NCBI GenBank assembly: GCA_036785375.1
Contig: JAWMAR010000070.1
Span: 4,278,001-4,342,000 of the forward strand
DNA: 64,000 bases
DNA from: Leucoraja ocellata
Taxonomy: Eukaryota
Direction of reading: 5' to 3'
Positions within the stretch are counted from its first letter, which is position 1, and each line of letters begins with the position of its first letter. Below the pieces are notes generated by a model. The model ran no database searches and had not been told where the DNA came from. It saw only the letters and a program-made list of their open reading frames with translations. A program made the translations under genes and the position numbers. Below are positions 25,540-36,865 of the stretch, piece after piece.

Positions 25540-28089
25540 CTTCGGAGTCACGTGAGTGACTACGTAAAGAAGCCCGCCCCAGGACGCATTGCGGCATGGA
25601 GGTAGGTGGGTCTGGTTCCTACCTGCATATAGAGCGCTTTCCTGGACTATCTTGGGTTTCATATTAATTCAGTCCACGTAACTATAATGTTGCCAAGAGA
25701 CAACATAGTTGAATTGGCACAAACAAGCAACAAATTAATGGTCAACAAACTACCAACTACTCGACAAGTAACAGAGTAATTGAGAAAAATGGTAGCATTT
25801 CTGTCTACATGATTCAGATCTTAGTATCAAAAACAACATATAGGTTGTCATTGAGCATCTCATGAAGTTACCCACTGAAGTAATATCAGAAAGACAGTGG
25901 TGGGGTTACCACTTATACTGGGCATTAATTATCTAAAAAATGTTCGGGTGAATTTTATGGGTTTTAAAGCACTTGCATGTACGGGTATAAATAGACTACA
26001 CTACGGAGGTAGCCTATATTAACCATATGGGCAGCATAAAGTCGGTATCATATGACAAGTTGGTCAAAACAATTTGGCAATGGTATGTCCAAAGATGTAT
26101 TTGACTATCAGCAACTTACCTGCCAGGTAAGCAAAATACAGTGACAGACACCAGGTCACATAAATTTAAGGACAACATCAATTAGATGTTTTTCATATAA
26201 AGTTTTAACAAAACTATCAAGCTATATGACGCACCAGATATTAATGCATTTCATTGTCTCTGTACTGCACACTGACAATGACAATTAAAATTGAATGTGA
26301 ATCTGATATCGATTATCTGCATCAACGCTATATCACCAGGTGTTTGGGGATGTCCTATGTATGTCGCGGGGGAAACCAGACCCTGGGGCAGTGGAATCTT
26401 CATTGAAAATTTCTCTGGGACAGATAGTTACCAGCAGAAAGCTCGTCAGCTATATATATTAACTTTTCAGACCTATAGGTCATGTTGTCATTCAAGAATG
26501 TATTTATAATATCGATAGACAAATGCGTTTCGCGCTGCATTGGTGAAATTAATTCTATGTATTTCTTCCCTTCTGCCTCACCAATCGAGGACAACGCACA
26601 GTACAAAGGATTCTGCTTCAGGTATTTGATAGTACCTGACGGACTTACGCACCCATGGTTCTCTATACGCCATGACATGGTTGTTGAAACTTCGATGATA
26701 TTTCCCAGTACCCAGAATTATTAACAATCGGAGCCGGGCACAAGTCATCTGTGCCATGGGACAATCAAGCTCCTGAGTTGCAGATTCTGCACAAGCCTCA
26801 TCTGGGACTGGGATTGTTATACTGAACCATCGACACCATGTCAGCATCCTTCTGAACATCCACTGGACTACAACACTTGTCCAGCATCAAGAGAAGTACT
26901 GCAAGGATACAGGGATAACCTACTCATCTGATACAGTTACTACGAACTGGAATTCCTGGAGAACCTTCATCACGATGAAGGATTCGGCTACAGTACCATC
27001 AGCACAGCTAGAATTGCCCTGCCTGTTGTTTCAAAACAGCTACAGGACAACAGGCCATGGGGTCACTGGCTGGTGGTAAATCTTTGAAGGGTATTAAAAC
27101 TCTAAACCCCTAGACCAGGTACACCCATATATGGGATGTCACAGTGGTGCAACCATACCTCAGGGGATACCCACCAGCCAGATCCCTCAACCTGAACCTT
27201 CTATGCACTAAACACATATGTTGAAGGCACACGGAGCAGCACAGAGGGTCCAGTCACTACTCCTATTTACAACTGGACACCATGCTCTTAGCTTCAGACC
27301 AGATCTCTATCATTGTCCAGGAAATGGTCAAACCAGACCAGGAACACCTTATCCAGTCATAAAATCCGGGCTTACCCGCCAGAAAACACGGTAATGTGCC
27401 ATGACCCTATTACCTTACATAGACACAACCTAATTATTCGAGGGAGATGGACGTGCCTATAAACCACATCCTGGCTACAGCAGAATGGTGGGGGTAAAAC
27501 GTTCAGAGAAATAATTTATTATAAACTGTTGACAAAACCTGTTTTTATTTGCAGGAAAGATTCCAATCTGCAAATATTTAAATTAGCCAAGGGGAGCATT
27601 TAAATTTCTTCATTGTTATTGTAAAAATGCCATTGTTTTTCTATAACAGATTCATTGGTTGATTATGATAACACGCTTCCTCCCTCAAAGGCTTCGGCAG
27701 CGAGTGATATAAAGCTGTTACACGGTTTGAAATCACAGAAGCTTTGAAATCTTCACGTAGTCACTCACGTGACTCCGAAGTAAAATAGTAAGATTAAACG
27801 AGAATTTACCAGTTTGAAGTTTGATCTGTATTTTATGAGGAGTTATGAGGGATTACGTGCCCTCCGCTCCCACCCTCATTATATGGATCAAACTGATAAA
27901 TTGATGTCTCTTTGTCTTTACTATGTTACTTCAAATACTTGTGTCTATCTGTGATTCCACACCGCTGCTTTGAAGTATGCCGCAATGCGTCCTGGGGCGG
28001 GCTTCTTCACGTAATCCCTCATCGTAACTCCTCATAAAATACAGATCAAACTTCAAACTGGTAAGTTCTCGTTTAATCTTACTATTTTA
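25540..28089 (+). mobile_element. DIRS1-like tyrosine-recombinase retrotransposon, internally deleted and degenerate
   Basis: ITRs (25561-25597 / 27977-28013); internal complementary region 27751-27859; RNase H remnant (IDYTTEVAYINHMG...IWQW...LSATYLPGKQNTVTD), MTase-like LIVPD..THPWF and YR remnant (EFLENLHHDEGFGYSTISTAR); absent from paralogous sites near 16355 and 59805. Confidence 0.88.
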
Positions 28090-30027
28090 ATGACAAAATA
28101 TTTTGTGTATTTTTTTGTTTTTTGTTTTTTGGCAACTTAATTTTAAAATTGATAATTGTATTGTGATTTTATGTCCTGTAAGGTGTCCTTGGGTGTCCAG
28201 AGNNNNNNNNNNNNNNNNNNNNNNNNNNNNNNNNNNNNNNNNNNNNNNNNNNNNNNNNNNNNNNNNNNNNNNNNNNNNNNNNNNNNNNNNNNNNNNNNNN
28301 NNNNNNNNNNNNNNNNNNNNNNNNNNNNNNNNNNNATTTGATGATTTTAAAAAACACGGTTCCTGCCCAGTGTCGGTTGAGAGATGAATGTTGGCAGCGT
28401 AGCCGACGGCATCGCCAATGNNNNNNNNNNNNNNNNNNNNNNNNNNNNNNNNNNNNNNNNNNNNNNNNNNNNNNNNNNNNNNNNNNNNNNNNNNNNNNNN
28501 NNNNNNNNNNNNNNNNNNNNNNNNNNNNNNNNNNNNNNNNNNNNNNNNNCGTTCCATGATGTGTCATATTGCTTCACGGCCAATGTCTCCGCTCTGAAGT
28601 GCAGGCAGTGCTGTTATTGTACCAGTTGTGTCAGTGTTCTGTCCCCGGTTCAGTACAATTTGGGTCCAGAAACTGGGCTGGGATCGCAGTGCGGTACTGA
28701 GGGAGCGCGGCAGTGTTGCAGGAGCTGCCTTTCAACAATCCCAGGCGGTGCCCGGCCTCGCACCCCACAGAAAGACCCCACTTGGCTATTTCATTGGCGA
28801 TGCCGTCGGCTACGCTGCCAACATTCATCTCTCAACCGACACTGGGCAGGAACCGTGTTTTTTAAAATCATCAAATAATTTATTCAATTATTAAAAATAA
28901 TATTTACACTACAATAAAATAAGAACCCAGCACCATAATACAATACAAACAAATATTCTAAATAAACTACTATACAACTATGTTACAATACTTGTCAAGG
29001 GTGTATTCAACCACAGGCGGTGCCCAGATGTCCCGGAAATCCCCCAGGTGCCCGTGGACAGCGCCTGGTCCTTCTCGAGACCCACCCGGACGCGGAAAGC
29101 CGACCCGTGTTTAGACATTCACCGCCGCCAATGCTTTCCAACGCCCTGACTATGGACAGAGGACGGACGAGATAAAATAAAGCGGGTCCATTAACGGAGA
29201 GCGTTAGTGGCGTGACAACGCACACCGCCAGATTCGACGAATGTTTCTTCCCAGCTGTTATCAGACATCGGAATCATCCTCCCATAACCAGAGAGCAGTG
29301 CTGAACTATCTACCTCTTTGGGGACCCTCGGACTACCCTTGATCGGACTTTGCTGGCCTTACCTTACACTAAACGTTATTTCCCATTCATGTATCTATGC
29401 GCTGTAAGAGGATCGACTGTAATCATGTATCCGGCAGGTTAGCACGCAACAAAATGCTTTTCTCTGTAACTCTGTACACGTGACAATAAACTGAAGTCGG
29501 ATTTCAGCACGACTGGGCCGCGGATCCGAGAGCGGATGGAGAGAGAGTTGGGGTGGGTGGATAGAGCGAGGACAGTGGTTCAGTCTCAGACTCCGGGGAA
29601 TTGTTGGGTTTGCGACAGAGTTGAGATGGACAAATGCAGGGAATATTTGAACTGACACAATGAGTCCACAATCCTGACTTCCACCTCAGTTGTAAACACA
29701 TTTTGTTAGTGTAGAATTAACTTCCTGGTGATGTTAGAACCTCTGTCCTTCGATCCAGGTGTCTTGGAATATCTGCTCCAAATACATTCGCTATTTTATG
29801 CCTATAAACTACCATCAGGATGCAATTAGACCACGTGTTAACGGTGGTCAAACTACGAACATTGTCTAGATATTCAAATGTGATTTCAGATCCATCACCA
29901 CAATGCACTGAGTTCCATCTCCCCCATTACATGTCTACACACACTTAACCATCTCTGCTGTAGAAAGGGTGCACGGGACCCCAACTAACATTGATCATTG
30001 GAATATCAGGATCTGGCTTTCACTCAC

Positions 30028-30064
30028 CCGGCAGCGAGGCGATGAGAAGAATGGGAATCCACAT
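30028..30064 (-). CDS. Gene D exon 1, signal peptide MWIPILLIASLP
   Basis: 37 nt leader exon with G|GTGAGT donor. Confidence 0.8.
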
Positions 30065-32341
30065 TGTTTTATCCACAGTGACGAGACCAGCACTTGACTG
30101 TCTGTCGCTCAGCTCTGAGCTTTCAGAGACAACCGCGTCTCTCAAATAGCAATGACTTAGAAGGGAACAGGAAGTAAGATCGTGAACCACAGCGAGCCAG
30201 CAGCAGCTCGACACGATGTAGTGTGAAAGGCTCAGGGTTATATTTAGCAAATGGTTGGGTCAGATGATCACAGAATCATACGTCACGGAAACAGGCCCTT
30301 CTCCCCAAATCGTTAGACCAATATGCTCATCTAAGTTAGTCAAATTTGCCCACGCTCGACCCATATCTCCCCAAACCTTCCCTGGCCAAGTGCCCGTTCC
30401 ATGTTGTTATTGCAGCTGCTTCAGCCACTTCGTCAAGTGTGATGTATCCGTCAGGATGGACCGGCGGTTATCTCCGTACTCAGAGATTCCGATTCAGATT
30501 CAGATTCAGATTCAATTTTAATTGTCATTGTCAGTGTACAGTACAGAGACAACGAAATGCATTTATCATCTCCCTGGAAGAGCGACATAGCAAACTGTTA
30601 GCACTGAACTGTGGTGGAAATATTGACAGACAAAAAAATGCAGGGGCAACTCTGCGGGCCCGTCAGCACCTCTGGAGAAAATGGATAGATGACGTTTCGG
30701 GTCGGGACCCTTCGTGTAAACAATGATACGTGTATAAAATATGACAATTAGAAGAGTAAAAATTAGGTTCCACTGTACTGTTTTGTACTGTATTAACTTC
30801 TAATAAAATAAACAAAAAAAAAAGAAGAGTAAAACGTCTAAGTTGTGTACACTTCCGGATCATTCCCATTTGATGATTTTGTAAGTGGACCGGCAGACCA
30901 AAAACATGGACCTTTTGTTTTGGAATATTGCTGAAGTGATACACTTAGTGAAGTTAAGGCAAGGTAGAATATGCACGGTGAATTGAATTGTTAACTTGTC
31001 TTCTTCACAAGTGCTAATAAATTATCAGAGTTTGTGGTCATGTACATTCCATTGGTTGATTTTGTACATCTGCTTGCAACGATTTCATTCTGTAGGCAAC
31101 TAGTTGTATTATAATATGACTTAATATCTGCTGCGGGCTATCGTTCTGGGTGTGTTACTTTCAGGGGAACAGTGCAGTTTATTCGGGTTGTGTCCGTCAG
31201 TGGCATTGTTGTGTATCACGTGGTATGGGTGTAACACACTGATGTGTCCGCCACTGATGTTAGCTGAGCGCTGGCAACCCTCAGTAAATTATCTTTTGTT
31301 CGGAGCTATTTCCTGTTTACTTGCCCAACTAAAAACACTGCAGAGGGGAACCGACGATGCAGCAAAACAATTTAATCCTGTCTTCATTCGCCATTGACCC
31401 ATGACTTCTGCAAACACTGCTCAGCAATCAGTGTTACACCGAGCTGCTCGCAAGATGCGGTTCAGAGATACGAATCTACAGACTCTTGTTTCAGCAGCGC
31501 GAGCAAAGTGTCAGCACTGCAGAACAATTCAGTGTAAAGGGAGAAATGACTGTTTGATCATATTAGATTCAAGTACATTGCAAGTCAGCACTCACCGCTA
31601 AACACAACAGTGGCATCGACCCGAAATGTCACCCGTTCTTTCCCTCGAGTGATGCCGCCCTTCCCGCGGAGTTGCTCCAGTATTTTGTGTATATCTGTGC
31701 ATCTCAGACCATTTATCTCTCATTATCTGAGAGGCACTTTGGGATGTCCTGCAGTGGGGAAATGATCCAACTCAAGATCATTCCTCCCATTAGACCATGA
31801 ACAAGCTCTATTTGAACGGGCCAGGCAGCATCAATGTGACCACAGAATCTGCAAGTATCTCTGGCTATTCAGCACCCCTCCCTGACCTGGGGGTTTGTGA
31901 GTTCAAAGCCGCCTCTGGTCTCATTCCCGCGTCTCCCCGCTTACTGTGTGGATAATATTTATCTTTGTCAGTGGGACATTTCAGCAATCTTTGAATCTTT
32001 CCGAACTTTATGGCGGTTACTCCGTTATTGCAGGTCACCATTTTGTATTCGCAAACAACATCCTTCAAAGTTCTTTCATGGGCGGGGCTACAGTCACGAG
32101 TCAGACTAAGGAAAGCAACACAATGTATTTGCAGTTTCACACCCCGCGCTTTGCAAGCTGCAACTCAACCATTTTGTTCTGCACAAGAATAGACTTTCCT
32201 CTAGTTTGGTTTAGTTTAGCTTAGTTTGGAGATACAGCGAAGAAAACGGCCCTTCGGCCCACCGAGTCCACACTGACCAGCAATCCCCGCACATTACACG
32301 CACACTGGGGACGATTTACATTTATAGCATGCCAACTGCGT

Positions 32342-32377
<36 letters not shown>

Positions 32378-32387
32378 GCCCTGACCC

Positions 32388-32596
32388 TATTCCTCGTGCC
32401 GGGTTATCTGTGATTGACACTCTTCCGCTCAGTCCATGTTCCCCATTTGTTTCTATTACATGTGTACACTGGCGACTTGTCCCAGGGCACCAGTATTTTG
32501 TGTGTGAGCGGTACACTGCTGCATAGTGACAATCGATTTTGATCGCTCTTCCCACAACCCCTCTTACTTTGCTCTCAGCCCACAGTGCACCTGAAA
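32388..32596 (-). pseudogene. Orphan truncated V exon (first ~70 codons of the internal-V type)
   Basis: VSGALWAESKV...KYWCPGTSRQC...DNPARGI, then breaks into a poly-G tract; upstream intron 32597-33250 matches 2712-3520 and 50606-51480. Confidence 0.85.
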
Positions 32597-34444
32597 CTGA
32601 AGGAAACATATTTCATCAATTGAAGAGCAAAATTAACCTTTCACAAATATATACATTATAGTATACATCAATGTGTACAGGGGAATCCGCCCAATCATTT
32701 TCGTAACCTGTGTTGAATTCCACCTAGATTGCGATGAGAGACAGATACTGTACACCGTCCCTTACCACCTGCTTCCAAAGCGCTCCCCAGCCAATGTGGG
32801 TGTGAATGGTGAAAAATGATGCATTGAAAATGGAGCCTGTTGCAATTGGACGGCGCTGTCTAGGGAGTCTTGGTGAGTTGCTGCAGTGCATCGTGCAGAT
32901 GGTGCAAACTGCTGCTGCTCTGCATCAGCGGGGGAGGTTGAGGATGGGGTGTCTATCAAGCGCGATTCTGGGTCATGACAGACGAGCACAAGTGTTCAGC
33001 GAAACTGTGGCCTAGGCTTTGCTTGGCCTCGCTGATGTAAACCATTCACACTCGCTTCTGGACTTCCCCGTCTCCACACCTACTGGGAGCTACATTTCAA
33101 AACTCACTTTGACAAAAGTAACGGGTTTACTTTATGGAGTGACGGGGAGGCCGATTCACTTTAATTTTGAGAGATTATTCAGGTTCCTCCAGAGATTCAC
33201 ACAAATTAATAAGTTTTTAATCCTGCCATGATCGTGAAATTGTTTTTAATCCTGCCATGATCATGAAACCCATGCGTACACAAGCAGACCGTACAAACTC
33301 CATACAGACAGCACCCAAGGTCAGGATCGAACCCGGGACTCGGATGCTGTGAGGCAGCGGCTCTACCTGTTGTGCCAATGTGTGATTGTCTCAGATATCT
33401 TTCAACTTTCCTTGCAGGCAAGAACACGGATTGAACCCTGGTTAGCAGCATGGGAGCTGCATGCTTGCAAACCGGCAAGCTAAGTGCAGAGTTACGTCTA
33501 TGGTACTTCCTCCCCGATGGTTTTGCAAGCCGACTGTGAACACCCTTTCTTGTGTGTTGGTGATAAGGGCTCCCCGGTCAGATACTTTTTTCGTTGCGTT
33601 TTGTTGCACAACCACAGAGCTCCACAAGGCAGCTGTGCTCTGGACAAAACTGTTATCCATCTACTTCTGCAGTGTGCAATTGGCAAGGAAACGTTATAGA
33701 TACAACATGGAAACAGGCTCTTCGGCTCACCGAATCTGCGCCAACCAGTGTTCACCCCGGATACAATTTACTGTGCAATTTAACCTACAAACCTGTCTGA
33801 CTTTGGTGTGTGGGAGGAAACCGGAACACCGCGAGAAAACCCACGCGGACACAATGAGAACGTACAAACTCCATATAGACAGCAGCCGAGATCAGCATTG
33901 AACCTGGGTCTCAGGCGCTGTTAGACAGCAACACTACAGCTGTACCACTTTGTTCCACCTACTGACTTGCCAGGGCAATGTGTTCCCCCTGAGCTAACAT
34001 TCTTATATCTTCATATTTTCCAGCATCTGCAGTTCCTTCTTAAACATTCTTATACTCTGCATGTTCTTGCTGAATTCTTGAGAACCAGAGGACATATGTT
34101 TAAGGTGAGGGGAAAAGATTTAATAGGAACCTGAGGGAAGCTGAACAGGATAGGTTTACAGAGATATGAGCCAAATGTCTTTAGTCAGAGGGTGGGGAGT
34201 TTGTGGAATTTATTTCAACAAGCAACTGTGGAAGCCTATTCGATGGATATTTTTTAGGCAGAGATTGACAGATTCCTGATTAGTGTGGGAGTCAGGGGCT
34301 ATGGGGAGAAGGCAGGTGAATGGAGGTGAATGTAGATCAGCCACGATTGAATGGCGGAGTAGAGTTGATGCGCCGAAAGGCCAAATTCTGCACTTAGAAC
34401 TTATGAACCTATAAACATTGTGTTTAAGAAGGAATTGCAGATGC

Positions 34445-34668
34445 TGGAAAATCGGAGGTACTCAAAAATGCTGGAGAAACTCAATGGGTGCGGCAGTATC
34501 TATGGAGCAAAGAAAATAGGCAACTTTTCGGGCCAAAACCCTTCTTCAGATCAGTCTGAAGAAGGGTTTATTCAGATCAGTCTGAAGAAGGGTTTAGGCC
34601 CGAAACGTTGCCTATTTCCTTCGCTCCATAGATGCTGCTGCACCCGCTGAGCTTCTCCAGCATTTTTG
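34445..34668. repeat. Penelope pLTR-derived inverted repeat (foldback, ~100-bp arms)
   Basis: 34445-34550 is the reverse complement of 34578-34668; similar structure at 39093-39268. Confidence 0.75.
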
Positions 34669-36174
34669 TGAGGTTATGAACATTGATGGTTTGTGGGTTT
34701 CTGCTGCAGTCATATTCTGAGAAAAGTAACACCAGCCCGAAGTAAGTTCCTGACCTGAAATGTCGCTTGCCCATCTCGTTTCAGAGATGATGTTTGACCC
34801 ACTATAGTGGGGTTTTTTTTGTTTTGCTCAACTGCTCATATTAACAGGAAGCACGTTGACCACAGCAATATGCTGCTCACACATTTGACTCAGGCCACAA
34901 TAGTTATTTCCATCACACGTTGGCCTTTGATGTGTTTGTACATTGACTGGAAATGTGTTAAAAACAAATAAATGTGTATTGTAGGGTGCACAAATTAATG
35001 TACAAATATGTCAGGCCCCATTCAGGCCTTCATAACTACACTATGCATTAAACTCATAGCTTATCCTTCATATCAATATCCAGTACTATTTATATTTCCA
35101 TAAATCCCGTAATATCTAAGAAACAATTGTTCCCAGGCTAGATTGCATTGGAGTCATAGAATGCAGGAACAGGCCCTTCGGCCAAACTTATCCCTCCTCA
35201 CTGCGTCTGGACAATTGAGCCAAGGAAAACCTCATCCCTTCACCTGCACTCTCCTGCTCAGTAAGAACTTTGCATATTTTGAACAAAGTACCGCTATAGT
35301 TGAGAAGAGGACATGTAGCAATGCTGCTAAGACCAGAATTTCCAAATCGAACTTTCTTCTCCTACAGAAATTGTAATTTTTGGAAGGGTTTCTGTGGTCA
35401 TGACAGTTGAACCTTCTTGGTTTAGGATCTCACCCAGAAATTTGCAGTTCAGGCAGTGATGTACTCTACCAGTTGGCACTGTGGTGCTCGTAGGTCATGT
35501 GCTCATGTACTGGGGAGGGACGTTGTAGACGGGAAATTTTCACGTGGACTCCGGGCTTGTTTTCAGAAAAAAATGTTTTATTACGAATTGGCCAACTTTG
35601 TTTACACATGTCATGGGGAAGATGCCCTCAGATACAAAACATTCATTGCCTTTTACACAACCACATCTGCATTACCTTCCTTCCCTAACTTTACCTTGCA
35701 TTCTCAGTGAGTAGAAAATATAAAGGAATTCATGTATATTACTCTGTTGTGGTGCTGCAAGTACATACTGCATGACAATAAAACACACTTGACTCACTTG
35801 TTGCCTTCTAATAGGCTATACAATCTGTGAATATTTCTGCAGTTCCACGCTACATTACTCCCCTCCATCTCCACTTGGCTGTGCAGTATCTAGGGATGGG
35901 CTCACTTAGGGTCATTTTCTTTGCAACTGGTCACTGAGGCAGGTAAAATCCAGTCTAGATCAAGTTTCAGTGAGACCCCTTACCCAGGCTTGAGGATTAT
36001 TTTACATCTTGGGCTTATCTGCCTTAGTCCACTATCCACTTGAACCCATGTTCTTGCTTGACCCATTGCCCCTTTACGGACTTGTACCCACAATATTTTG
36101 ACCCAAAGACAATGAGTTGTGGTGTGCTTAGACAGACGCTTGCAAGGAATTACGATGGGAATGTTCAATTATTA

Positions 36175-36865
36175 TCTTAATTTACACTCTTCTTCGTCTG
36201 AATGTTCAATTAACCTACCCTTTGTCGATTATAACGATGTTTCTCTTACCTCTGACTCTTGTGGATCTCGGCAAGGAACCAGAATATCCTCAGTCGAGGG
36301 GTTTCCTGGGAACTCTATCGGGAGTTCAGACTTAATGGATCCGATAGTGCACTTTTCACTCCCCTCGAGGTACCGGCCAGACAGCAGCCGCTTACTCAGT
36401 CGAAGGAGATGGTCCCAGTGAGATCCTGCCGACTACGCCAATGTTAAATTTCTATCCGCGCTATCAAACAACAAACCCCATTGGTCACTTTAAGAATGTA
36501 ACAATTCCTCTTTATTACGCATGCGGGAATGGGAGAGCGTCCACGAGTTTGGTTACATTACAGTTGCCCTCGCGGTCCCACTCAATTATTCTTTGCACAG
36601 GCAGTATACTTATACATGAGTAGCACGGGTCTAGCTAATCACACAATCAACACATTTCTGCACCGGTTCTGATTGTTTAGAACAGATGTGTTTTTCTCTG
36701 CAGTACAACTTGGTATCGGGACTCTTCACTTTTTAGTCACAATACCTTTTGCAGTTCTGCAAAACCATTCATTAGTTAGCAATTCTAAGTAAGTAAAGCA
36801 GGCTCACCACGTGCAACAAGCAATCTGTTATGTGCACATTGACTCTTAAACCCCCATCCTCATCA
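36175..36865 (-). mobile_element. Endogenous retrovirus / LTR-element 5' fragment: LTR (36442-36865), tRNA-Ser PBS and leader
   Basis: TG...CA ends, TATAAG near 36614, AATAAA at 36511-36516, PBS TGGCGTAGTCGGCAGGAT 1 nt after the LTR. Confidence 0.8.
36423..36440 (-). promoter_or_regulatory. Primer-binding site complementary to the tRNA-Ser 3' end
   Basis: Plus strand ATCCTGCCGACTACGCCA equals the last 18 nt of vertebrate tRNA-Ser including CCA. Confidence 0.88.

Larger units (their letters stand above)
7000..32340. repeat. Tandem segmental duplication of a ~10-12 kb gene unit (7.0-13.05 kb, 16.6-23.98 kb, 28.55-32.34 kb; also 60.04-64.0 kb)
   Basis: Intron 1, leader and 2 kb upstream block occur four times; 10180-13050 matches 21105-23985. 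Confidence 0.9.

Noticed and set aside
28336-28420. 85-bp inverted copy of 28792-28876
   Set aside because: Isolated between two N-gaps and identical to nearby sequence; most likely a misplaced contig, not a real inversion
35980-36168. ORF resembling 38618-38839 as a possible conserved small gene
   Set aside because: Part of the local duplication, frames differ between copies, no recognisable motif
36423-36440. tRNA-Ser gene
   Set aside because: Only the last 18 nt, including CCA, are present, next to an LTR end; this is a primer-binding site
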